Shown one piece after another: positions 28,612 to 38,154 of a stretch of DNA of 64,000 nucleotides (position 1 is the first letter of the stretch; every line of letters begins with the position of its first letter). Both the position numbers and the translations under genes were made by a program. The notes below the pieces were generated by a model. That model did no database searches and was not told the DNA's origin. It saw only the letters and a list, made by a program, of their open reading frames with translations. Location of the stretch: NCBI GenBank assembly GCA_949299165.1, contig CASFZJ010000002.1, positions 4,924 to 68,923 on the forward strand. The letters are read 5' to 3'. Origin of the DNA: an uncultured bacterium (lineage in GTDB: Bacteria; Bacillota_I; Bacilli_A; RFN20; CAG-826).

Positions 28612-29391
28612 TTAATCTTTATTTTTAATTAAACTATGAAGCTCAATATATGTATGAGCTTTTTTTAATACATTTCTATCGCTATCATAAGTAATTTTAA
28701 AAAGTGCTTCTTCGTATTCACACCACTCAAATGAATTAACTTCTTCATCGTGTAAATCTTGCGGAGCTGCTTTTTGATCAATTGGTGTAGCTAGATAAAA
28801 ATACACATCTTTAATGGCAAGTTCATTAGGTTGATAAGTAATCTTAACTTTAAAGTCAGTATTTAAACTTACATAAAGATTAGTTTCTTCTTTAATTTCC
28901 CTAATAGCTGTTTCTTGATCGGTTTCACCTTCTTCTTGATGACCTTTGCATAAAGAAGTGTGTCCATAATTCATTTTTAAAAGAAGGTAATATGTTTTAT
29001 TGTTTTCCCTTTTATAAATTACTGCACCGCAACTTTTTTCTTTTACTAATCGAGTAAAATAAAATCCATTAGTTATATAGAAAACATTAACAATGATTAA
29101 AGCTAAAACACATAAAATCGCAAATATTATGAACGAATAATATAAAAGATCATAAAATTTAGAATCTTTTCCATTCACGAGTAAACAATAAAATGCGTTA
29201 AAGTTATCACTACTTGTCTCACATACATCAGCAGGTATTTCACTATTAGTTAAACCTGCAAGATAAGAAAATCCAAAACAAGCTATAACACAAAAGAAAA
29301 TCAAAAATATTGATATAAAGACATAAAAAGCAATGCGTGAATAAAAAGTTCTTGCAATGACGTATTTATATTTTCTCTTCTTTTGATTCAT
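28612..29391 (-). CDS. Membrane-anchored NUDIX hydrolase (Ap4A-hydrolase-like C-terminus)
   Basis: Two TM segments, then EKSCGAV and the Nudix box GHQEEGETDQETAIREIKEET. Confidence 0.85.
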   Translation of the reverse strand: MNQKKRKYKYVIARTFYSRIAFYVFISIFLIFFCVIACFGFSYLAGLTNSEIPADVCETSSDNFNAFYCLLVNGKDSKFYDLLYYSFIIFAILCVLALIIVNVFYITNGFYFTRLVKEKSCGAVIYKRENNKTYYLLLKMNYGHTSLCKGHQEEGETDQETAIREIKEETNLYVSLNTDFKVKITYQPNELAIKDVYFYLATPIDQKAAPQDLHDEEVNSFEWCEYEEALFKITYDSDRNVLKKAHTYIELHSLIKNKD

Positions 29392-30193
29392 CTATACCAT
29401 CTTCCTTTTTCTTATAAACATAATAATTATAAGTAGAATATTTTTCACAAGTTTCTACCATCCACTTATAACATTCATTTCTCAAATATTCTTTATTTTC
29501 ATTTACTGACAATTCTTTTTTAGGATAAATTGCCTCGCCAATATAAATTGTAATTTTAGGTTTATCAGAAAATTTCTTTTTGGTAAAACATGAAACTACT
29601 GGCACAATTGGTGCATTTAATTTAGCTGGATATTTAAATGAAGTTGAAATAAATGGTCTAATTTTAGTGTAATAAGGCCAAACGTGAGCTTCAGGGAAAA
29701 TAACTATAAATCTTTTTTTCTTTTGATAATAATCTAATGCTTCGGAAAATTTACGATAATCACTTAGAGAAGTTGGAAGAGCAATAAAACCAAGTCCTTC
29801 AACAATTAACTTAATTGGTTTTGGTAAAGTTAAGGCATCAGTATAGCCAATAATGTTGCATCTTTTCCATGTCACAACACTAACTTGATTAATTACCATA
29901 TCCCAAAACGAAGTGTGATTCATATAAATAAAGGCACCGTCGCCAGCTTTCTTAACCTTTTTGATGTTTTCTCTACCCTTAATTTTAATTCCAGCAAAGA
30001 AACAAATAATATGCAGCACTGGTTTTGCAACTAACCAATAAATCCAAAAAGAGAATGCTTTAAAAAATGGGTTAGTATGAATGTATTTATAATCTTTTGG
30101 AAGGTCAATTCTTTTTAAAGTTTTGGTCTTTTCAAAATCATCGTTTAATTCATCTTGATAATAAAATACATGTCCTCTATCTTCTTTTGCCAT
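29366..30193 (-). CDS. Lysophospholipid acyltransferase (PlsC-like)
   Basis: NHTSFWD (Hx4D) and IFPEAH motifs. Confidence 0.88.
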   Translation of the reverse strand: MAKEDRGHVFYYQDELNDDFEKTKTLKRIDLPKDYKYIHTNPFFKAFSFWIYWLVAKPVLHIICFFAGIKIKGRENIKKVKKAGDGAFIYMNHTSFWDMVINQVSVVTWKRCNIIGYTDALTLPKPIKLIVEGLGFIALPTSLSDYRKFSEALDYYQKKKRFIVIFPEAHVWPYYTKIRPFISTSFKYPAKLNAPIVPVVSCFTKKKFSDKPKITIYIGEAIYPKKELSVNENKEYLRNECYKWMVETCEKYSTYNYYVYKKKEDGIDESKEEKI

Positions 30194-31499
30194 CTTCCTC
30201 GCTCCTTAGCGCTTGTTCATCAATGATATTTCCAGTGTGTTCAATTGTTTTCCAATCAGTTCTTTTCTCTTTATGAAATAAACCATTAAATAAGGCCATT
30301 ACGAAACTTGAAAAGAAAATAATATAGGTTAAACAAATAACAATACATTGTGAAGTTGTGAACTTTAAATTTTTATTATCAATTGCAATTGTAAACGCAC
30401 TTATGAAAATAAATATCAAATAAAGAATTGTAAATTGAAATAAGAAATGAACAAAAAGCCATCCAGATTGAGCTGAATTATCGATAAGACTAGCTATAAA
30501 TAAGCCAAATGAAGCAAATGAAGTCAAAGTAGCGACAACCGCAAAAGCAATAAATGGATAAATCGAAGAGTTATACTCAATTAAAGAAAATCTTCTTTTT
30601 AATTTGTTATCACATGGATAAACATTAGTTTGCTCTTTAAAACGTTTCCTTGAAGCAAAAAATCCCCATAACCAACGCACATGTTGCTTATTTAAAATAG
30701 AAAATTTTTCAGGTTGTTCATCGAAATAACGAGCGAATGGATAATAGTGCATTTTGATATTGTGATAATAACAATAAGTTGTGAGTTGAACATCTTCAGT
30801 CATACCATTCCATATCCAACCACCTTCATTATCAACAATTTCTCTCTTGATAAAATATCCAGTACCAGTCAAAGTAGCTTTTTCAAAAAACTTACTTCTT
30901 CCTCTTGAAGTGAATTGATTCATAAAGCTGAATAAAGTTGCACTACATCCACAAACCCAGTTTTTTGTTGCGTTTGTAAAGCTTCTATATCCAACACCAA
31001 CTTGATATCCTGCTTGATAAACGTCATTCATCAATTTTAAATAATCTGAGTTCATAACGTTATCCGCGTCAAAAATCATAAATGCATCGTAAACTATTCC
31101 ACTCTTCTTAATTTCTTGATATGCATCATCCAAAGCAAAACCTTTTGTTCTTCGGTTTGTTAAATCGCCTCTAACTACTACTTTAAATCCATATTCTTCA
31201 ACAATATTACAAGTCGGATCATCAATTGACTCAACAATTACGTAAACTTCAAATTTGTCACGAGGATAATTTAGTTTTGAGCAGGCATTTAAAATATTTC
31301 TAATGACTTTCGATTCATTTCTTGCAGGGATTAGCAATGCAAATTTTGCATAATTAAACGACCTTGGCAAACGTTTTGGTCTTTTTGCAGCGACTGCAAA
31401 ATATAAAAAGTAATACCAAAGGAACAATGAGAAAAAAAGGAATGCAAGAACAAGAGCAACATCTAACCAGTTAACTATCGCTTGGTAATCCATATACAT
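30177..31499 (-). CDS. Membrane GT2 glycosyltransferase
   Basis: IPARNE, FDADN, TED, QHVRW (QxxRW). Confidence 0.92.
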   Translation of the reverse strand: MYMDYQAIVNWLDVALVLAFLFFSLFLWYYFLYFAVAAKRPKRLPRSFNYAKFALLIPARNESKVIRNILNACSKLNYPRDKFEVYVIVESIDDPTCNIVEEYGFKVVVRGDLTNRRTKGFALDDAYQEIKKSGIVYDAFMIFDADNVMNSDYLKLMNDVYQAGYQVGVGYRSFTNATKNWVCGCSATLFSFMNQFTSRGRSKFFEKATLTGTGYFIKREIVDNEGGWIWNGMTEDVQLTTYCYYHNIKMHYYPFARYFDEQPEKFSILNKQHVRWLWGFFASRKRFKEQTNVYPCDNKLKRRFSLIEYNSSIYPFIAFAVVATLTSFASFGLFIASLIDNSAQSGWLFVHFLFQFTILYLIFIFISAFTIAIDNKNLKFTTSQCIVICLTYIIFFSSFVMALFNGLFHKEKRTDWKTIEHTGNIIDEQALRSEEDGKRR

Positions 31500-31651
31500 A
31501 AATTATAATTTTTTAAAATTATAATTCAATTGCTAAAAGTCAATATCTAGGCATAAGCTTAATTTTCAGTCATTTTTTTTGATATTAAAAATTATGTCAA
31601 AGAACAATTTTCTGATTTAACGTTAATTTTGCAGTCTTTTTTTCTAAAAAC

Positions 31652-32623
31652 TTAGATCAAAGCGCTAAAATCAGAATCAGAAATAAGTTGATACATTTTG
31701 TTTTTATAAGAAAAGATTTTCTCCGAATAAATAGAAATCTTGTCAATAAATGGCGAAGTAAGATAACCTAAATCATCTTCAACTTCTCCTTCATAAGGAA
31801 TAAATTCAAGATATGAAAGACTATCGAACTCTTTTGTGGTTTCTTCATATGTTCCTATTGATGTTTTCACATAATAAGCGAAAACATTATTCCCTTTAAA
31901 GAGGTTATTAAATGTGAACGAGCTCAACTTCACATCATTAAAATCAAACAAACCTCTTACGTTATTGACGAATTCAAATAAATTATTTCGTCCAAAATCA
32001 CCATCACTTATTCTGTTATTAGTAATTTGATAAGTCTGTTCATAATCATACTCATCGTTAGGAAAATAAGTGATTAACATATAATTTCCTCCTGAAGGTT
32101 GTCCATCACTTCTTTCTAACTTTTCTTCAAATAACGATAATGCTTTTTCTAAGTCATCTTCATTATCGCTATAATAAACTTGATTTAATGATCCCGGCGC
32201 TACACCAACATAACCAAATTCAGCTCTTACTTCTTTTACTTCTCCGTTTTTAATGAAGTCATCTACCATTAAGAAATCATCAAGTATAAAAGTATCTTTT
32301 AGATAGTATGGATCAGCACTAATAACAAGAGTTGAATCATAACTTGGCATTTCAAATTCAAATATCCAATGGTTATCAGCTTCTCTGCTTGTTATGGATT
32401 TATCATTCAAGTAGACATAAATACCAGCATCCATTAATTTGTGAGTTACTACTTGTAAAACTTCGCCTTCTTTATAATCGCCAGTACGTGGTGAAGTTAC
32501 AATAACGTCCGAATTAAAATAATCTAAAACTTCCAAGTGATAGCTTTTTCCAGAATCACAAGATGATAAGGAAGTGCATAATAACCCCAAAAGTAATATT
32601 GTTTTAAGAATTTTGTGTTCCAT
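31652..32623 (-). CDS. Hypothetical lipoprotein
   Basis: Signal peptide with LSSC lipobox. Confidence 0.75.
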   Translation of the reverse strand: MEHKILKTILLLGLLCTSLSSCDSGKSYHLEVLDYFNSDVIVTSPRTGDYKEGEVLQVVTHKLMDAGIYVYLNDKSITSREADNHWIFEFEMPSYDSTLVISADPYYLKDTFILDDFLMVDDFIKNGEVKEVRAEFGYVGVAPGSLNQVYYSDNEDDLEKALSLFEEKLERSDGQPSGGNYMLITYFPNDEYDYEQTYQITNNRISDGDFGRNNLFEFVNNVRGLFDFNDVKLSSFTFNNLFKGNNVFAYYVKTSIGTYEETTKEFDSLSYLEFIPYEGEVEDDLGYLTSPFIDKISIYSEKIFSYKNKMYQLISDSDFSALI

Positions 32624-32757
32624 ATCTATATTTTAAACCAAAAAACAAAATGTATCACAAATAAAATATTTAAAACATTTATAGGCACAAATCCAGAAAA
32701 AACATCTAATTTTGCAGGTTTTTTAAATGTTTTAACTGCTTTTTTTCGTAGCAGAAA

Positions 32758-35349
32758 CTATTCTTTTGAACGAATAATTTCAATTGGTTTATTTGTCTTT
32801 ATTACAAGCAAAGGAATAATAAGAGCTATTAAAACAAAGATAATTAAAACTATAAATAGAACAATTGTTGAAACTAGATTGTAATTTAAGAAAACTAATC
32901 CTGGAATTGAAACCAGCTCATAATGTCTTGTAAAACTTTCAATTAATATTGAAGAAACTAACTTGTTACCTAACTCAGTTCCAATGAATAGAAAGATAGA
33001 AGAGAAGACCAAGATCGACAATAAAACTTCAATATATAAAAGATTTATTTCTTTAACTTTTAAACCAAGCGCTCGGAATATACCAATATTTTTCTTATCT
33101 TTTTTAAGAATCAAAACAACTATCAAGAGCACAAATACGAAAGATAATACACTCATTACAATAAGCAAAGTTATGAAAACATCTTTGAAGAGTAAGACGG
33201 TTTCTTCTATTGCATCAAAAGTTAATTCGTATACACTAGTTAACGAAATTCCAGTTGCTTCAAGAGCAGCAAATAAAGTTGTAAGTTCATCAGAGTTATC
33301 AAAATATACTCTTACTGGCACAATTGTTTCTTTAGCAATGTTTCGATATACATTTTTAGAAAAACGAACTCGTTTATTCTCATTTATTGGTCTTACTTCT
33401 TTAACTTTTAAACTTTTAAGAGCAACCTTTTCTTGATCACTTTTATAAGATGTAAAGAAAGAAACATCAATTACCATGTTTTCTAGTTCTTCTTCAGTGA
33501 CTTGATCAGGTTGTAAATAATCTTTTCCAGTTAATTCATTAAAAACCTGCAAAGTGATTGAAACCTCATCATCTTTTAATTCGTCTAAATAAGATATATA
33601 TGTGTCATCGAAAAATAAATCTAAATTTTTACCATTATATGTGATTCTTTCTTTATTCACATAAGTTGAAGAATAAAGATTTTCAATATTAAGTTGATGC
33701 TCAATAAAGTCATCTATGTAGTTCTCATTAAACGTGTATAAAGAAGCAAGATTTAAATAAGCATAGTCATTAAAATCTAAGAGTTCAGTTCTATTAACAC
33801 CTTTTTCGATGTTCGATAACAAGTCGGCATAATTTTCCTTATAATGAGAATTAATAATGGCACCAATTTTTAATGTGTCAAATTCGTGCCCCATTAAATC
33901 GTCATAATTTTTTGGCAAAAAATTGCTGTAAGTATTGTGCATTAACGAATCAGCTAGAAAATCAGTAATAATTACATCAGTCGGACCACAATTAAGGGAA
34001 CCTGCTAAAACTTCTAATTCTCCGTTTTTTCCACCATAAAGTTCTTTTAAATAAGATTCTTCAGTAACAATTAATCCATTAGTTTGATCATAGATATATG
34101 GTGGTACCAAGTAAGATATATTACCTGTTGTTCTTTGTCGAATCATATAGTAAAAAAGCGAAATAGGATACATCTTATAGTATTTGCCATCATAATTATC
34201 ATCGATAATTTTTAAGTCACTTTCTGTAATTTCTTCTAAAGAGTCGCCATTTTTATTTTCTGTTTGAAATTCAACAGTTTTTGAAACTAATCTATTTTCA
34301 CAATAATTGTTATAGAAGTTTTCTTTAGATTCGGCGACAGAATAGTCGGACAAGTTATAAGAAACATTCCCAACAACAAGGAGGAAAGCGACGATAAAAG
34401 ACATCAAACAAATCGTAATTAATCTTTTTGATAGGAGTTTAAAACCATATTTAAACAAATGTTTAGGTTTCCTATCATCGATAACTTCTTTTTCTCTATT
34501 TACGTTTACGTATCTAGTTTGTCCAAAATCAAATCGAGATTGATAAATTCTTGTATATGGATTTTTTGAAAGAGAATTTAAAGTTTGAACCTCTCTTTCG
34601 TTTAATGGTTTAGCGTAAGGTAAATAGATATTTCGGTTGATTACTTTAAACGAATTGTCAGTCGAACCATTCTTTGTTAAATCTTCGATGATTTTGCCAT
34701 CTTGTAAACGGATGATTCGATCTGCATATTCTAATGCATTATCTTGGTTATGAGTTACCATGCCGATTAATAGTTCATGAGAATGTCTTTTTAAAAAATC
34801 TAAGATTAATTTAGCTGTTTTATGATCTACATTTCCTGTTGGTTCATCAGCAAACAAAACTTTTGGTTTTTTAATGATCGCTCTTAATAAACTAACTCTG
34901 GCACGCTCTCCGGCTGATAGTTCACTTGGATACTTCTTTAAATAATCCTTCTTAAGACCAATTTCTTCTAAATAATTTTCGTAAAATTTAGAATTAGTTA
35001 TTTTACTCTCACCATAAGAATCAATAACAAGCGACAAGTTATCTTTAACTGTAAATTCTTCAATCAATGAATCATTTTGAAAAGCAAATCCAAACGAATG
35101 ATTTCTTAAGATTGTTTTCTCTTTATCAGTTAGATTATCAAAATCATTTTGATTATAAATAATCTTGCCACTACTTTTTTCATCTAAAGTCGATAAAAGA
35201 TTTAAAAGAGTAGATTTACCACTACCAGATTTACCAAGGATACAAGTAAGTCCAGTTTCTCCTAAAGTGAATGAAATATTATCAACTGCTTTAGTTTCAA
35301 CTTTCTTATTCTTTGAATAAATCTTAGTAAGGTTCTTAACTTCAAACAT
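32758..35349 (-). CDS. Fused ABC ATPase/FtsX-type permease (MacB-like)
   Basis: GKSGSGKST, LSAGE, FADEPTG; C-terminal IGIFRALG and TM segments. Confidence 0.9.
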   Translation of the reverse strand: MFEVKNLTKIYSKNKKVETKAVDNISFTLGETGLTCILGKSGSGKSTLLNLLSTLDEKSSGKIIYNQNDFDNLTDKEKTILRNHSFGFAFQNDSLIEEFTVKDNLSLVIDSYGESKITNSKFYENYLEEIGLKKDYLKKYPSELSAGERARVSLLRAIIKKPKVLFADEPTGNVDHKTAKLILDFLKRHSHELLIGMVTHNQDNALEYADRIIRLQDGKIIEDLTKNGSTDNSFKVINRNIYLPYAKPLNEREVQTLNSLSKNPYTRIYQSRFDFGQTRYVNVNREKEVIDDRKPKHLFKYGFKLLSKRLITICLMSFIVAFLLVVGNVSYNLSDYSVAESKENFYNNYCENRLVSKTVEFQTENKNGDSLEEITESDLKIIDDNYDGKYYKMYPISLFYYMIRQRTTGNISYLVPPYIYDQTNGLIVTEESYLKELYGGKNGELEVLAGSLNCGPTDVIITDFLADSLMHNTYSNFLPKNYDDLMGHEFDTLKIGAIINSHYKENYADLLSNIEKGVNRTELLDFNDYAYLNLASLYTFNENYIDDFIEHQLNIENLYSSTYVNKERITYNGKNLDLFFDDTYISYLDELKDDEVSITLQVFNELTGKDYLQPDQVTEEELENMVIDVSFFTSYKSDQEKVALKSLKVKEVRPINENKRVRFSKNVYRNIAKETIVPVRVYFDNSDELTTLFAALEATGISLTSVYELTFDAIEETVLLFKDVFITLLIVMSVLSFVFVLLIVVLILKKDKKNIGIFRALGLKVKEINLLYIEVLLSILVFSSIFLFIGTELGNKLVSSILIESFTRHYELVSIPGLVFLNYNLVSTIVLFIVLIIFVLIALIIPLLVIKTNKPIEIIRSKE

Positions 35350-35971
35350 ACTTTAATTATAAACATTAGGTATTACTATTTTAAGAAGTAAACTTCTTTT
35401 ATCTTTTAATTAAATTTCCTATAAAACAATTGATAAACCTGCAAATCTCAATCATTTTCTGAAAATTTAATTAAACAAAAGCAATATTATTCTTAAAATT
35501 AAACCAATTTAAATTAAAGAAGTGGTCTTTCGAAGTATGTCTTGCCTTCAAAATTAGCATTTTTTTACAAATCCAGTTAAATTCTTTAAATATTTAGCTA
35601 AAAAGGTGATAAAAACTGCTCCCTTAAGGTTTAAACCAGCCAAGTCTCTAACTATCATTAAAGCATTTTCTGCCTAGTCAAAAAGTATGTCTAAAATTGA
35701 ATTGTCTATAATCTAAAATAAAACCTTGCAAATGTCAAACATTTTTTTGAAATTTTTTTGAGAATATTTTTCTCATCTTAAAATGTGCGAATAATATGCT
35801 TTTTTTCCTTTGAAATTCTTTTGATAAAATTTAGCCTTCTTCAATAAATAATTGCTGTTCCGGCACATCTACCCTAAACTGCGAACTTAAACAATTCACA
35901 AAATCAAATATAAGTTCACTCATAAATGAACTAAAATAATAGTTAGATTAGAACAATAGGGAGGAAATTTC

Positions 35972-38059
35972 ATGAAACATAAAAAGTTGGCTAGCCTATT
36001 GCTTTTTAGCACATTAACTTTTTCAGTTGTTGGATGTACAAATGTAGATAATGATCCAAATAAAATAATAAAATCAATTAATCTAACTTCAACTAGTGGT
36101 GATGAAGAAAGTGGCTTGACTTCTACTTACACTATTACTTTTTTAGATGGAACTACATATGAATTCACTGTTAAAAACGGAAAAGATGGGGAGCCAGGAA
36201 TTGAAGGAAAACCAGGACAAGATGGCCACACTCCTAAAATTGAAATAGGGGAAAACGGTAACTGGATAATAGATGATAAGGACACTGGAATAAAAGCGAC
36301 CGGAACGGATGGAAAAGATGGCATTTCGATTATATCTATTACAAAAACTTCGACTGAAGGTTTAATCGATACTTACACTATTACTTATAGTGATGGATCA
36401 ACTTCTACCTTTAATGTTGTTAATGGAAAAGATGGAGAACAAGGTATTGCTGGCACTCCTGGCAAAGATGGCCATACACCAGAAATTAAAATAGGAGAGA
36501 ACGGTAATTGGATAATTGATAATGAAGATACCGGGATAAAAGCTGTTGGCACTAACGGTAATGATGGAAAAGATGGCGCTAATGGAGAGGATGGTTTATC
36601 CGCTTATGAAATCTATATTAAATATCATCCAGAATATGAAGGTAGCGAAGAAGATTGGATTAATGATTTAATTAACAATCGCTTAAATGATGATTATAAA
36701 GAATATTGCACTGTCACTTTAAATCCAAATGGTGGCACGATTGAAACGCCACTTACATTTAAAGTAAAACACGGTAGTTATATTGGCGAACTTCCTACTC
36801 CAATAAAAGGGAATAGATATTTTATGGGATGGTATGCTGGCACTTCAGAATATGATAATCCAGTTAATTCATTGTTCGTCGTTGAAAACGATGTAACATT
36901 AACTGCAAAGTGGGATTCAGCTGTCATTACTCTTTTAGATCATAACAACAACCCTATAAAAGAAGTTCTTTATTACGGACGTCAAAAAATTGAAAACCTA
37001 AATATTCCCATTGAAAATCTTACTTATAATGGTTACCAATATTTTTACGACTTTTATCCTTATATTACCCCTCAAATTGTGCCTGATTTAACACTTAAAC
37101 CAACTTATGCGTTTGATTTAGCCAAAACAAGAGCTGATTTTGGGATTGTGAACGATGAAGAGTTTACTATCCGAGTCAGAAGATATAGTTTTGACCCAAC
37201 CGAACTTATTATCGAAATCATTTTAGATTCCTATTCGAAAGACACATTAACTTTCCCGAATGAATATGAAGGTTTAAAAATCGGTTCCTTAATATTAAAT
37301 TATTGTTCATTTAAAAATTTAACACTTCCTAATGAGATGAATTTTTTACATTTTAATAATTTTGAAAATCAATCTCTAAAAATTAAAACAAAAATATTAA
37401 ATGAATTAGGCGTATCATTTTCAAATACCTTAGAAAATTTGGATTTAAGTGAATGTGAATTTGACCAAAATAATCCTTCAATTTCTTTTAATGATTTAAA
37501 CGCTTTAAAAACTCTAGTCTTTCCTCCATATAACGAAAACAACGAGCAAAAAATGCTTACAATTAATATGAACAGAGTAGCATATTACGACAATCTCGAT
37601 TATGTTAATTTTAAAGACTTATCGAATTATATTCTAGAAATTAACATAATTAACACTGATGGATTAAATATAAATAATACCGAAATATACAATGCTAGAC
37701 TTACAATGAATTCGGATACGCTTTATTTCGACGATCAGGGCGAAAGTTTTATTCTTAACAATTGTCGCTTTTATGGAAACCTCGAAATTTATGGACAATA
37801 TTTAAAGCAAATTGATTTAACTGGTACTACTTCAATACAAAATCTTAAACTTACTACACCAAACTTGGAAGTATTAGATTTAAGTAATATCACTTATATT
37901 TCTCTGCCTGATGTTATGTTTACGGATGAATTAACTCCAAATCTAACCGATATTTATTTTGGTGGAAGCGAACAATATCGGAACTCACTCCATATAGATA
38001 GCGGTAACACTAAACTATTTGATGGTTCAGTTAATATTCACTTCAATTCAATAAAATAA
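35972..38059 (+). CDS. Surface lipoprotein with duplicated collagen-like units, an InlB B-repeat-like domain and an LRR-like C-terminus
   Basis: VVGC lipobox; GxxGxxG triplets; two GHTPxIxIGENGNWIID units; TLNPNGG...FMGWY...LTAKW. Confidence 0.82.
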   Translation: MKHKKLASLLLFSTLTFSVVGCTNVDNDPNKIIKSINLTSTSGDEESGLTSTYTITFLDGTTYEFTVKNGKDGEPGIEGKPGQDGHTPKIEIGENGNWIIDDKDTGIKATGTDGKDGISIISITKTSTEGLIDTYTITYSDGSTSTFNVVNGKDGEQGIAGTPGKDGHTPEIKIGENGNWIIDNEDTGIKAVGTNGNDGKDGANGEDGLSAYEIYIKYHPEYEGSEEDWINDLINNRLNDDYKEYCTVTLNPNGGTIETPLTFKVKHGSYIGELPTPIKGNRYFMGWYAGTSEYDNPVNSLFVVENDVTLTAKWDSAVITLLDHNNNPIKEVLYYGRQKIENLNIPIENLTYNGYQYFYDFYPYITPQIVPDLTLKPTYAFDLAKTRADFGIVNDEEFTIRVRRYSFDPTELIIEIILDSYSKDTLTFPNEYEGLKIGSLILNYCSFKNLTLPNEMNFLHFNNFENQSLKIKTKILNELGVSFSNTLENLDLSECEFDQNNPSISFNDLNALKTLVFPPYNENNEQKMLTINMNRVAYYDNLDYVNFKDLSNYILEINIINTDGLNINNTEIYNARLTMNSDTLYFDDQGESFILNNCRFYGNLEIYGQYLKQIDLTGTTSIQNLKLTTPNLEVLDLSNITYISLPDVMFTDELTPNLTDIYFGGSEQYRNSLHIDSGNTKLFDGSVNIHFNSIK

Positions 38060-38084
38060 GTTGCAAAACCTCAATTAATTTTGA

Positions 38085-38114
38085 AAAACTTCACTCGCTT
38101 AAGGGTGAAGTTTT
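38085..38114. terminator. Bidirectional terminator
   Basis: aaaacttcactc-gcttaa-gggtgaagtttt between convergent genes. Confidence 0.8.
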
Positions 38115-38154
38115 TGTTTAGACATTTTTTATGGATAATATAAATAAACACAAG

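Noticed and set aside
35453..35467. CodY-box-like sequence
   Set aside because: Near-matches are expected by chance in such AT-rich DNA.
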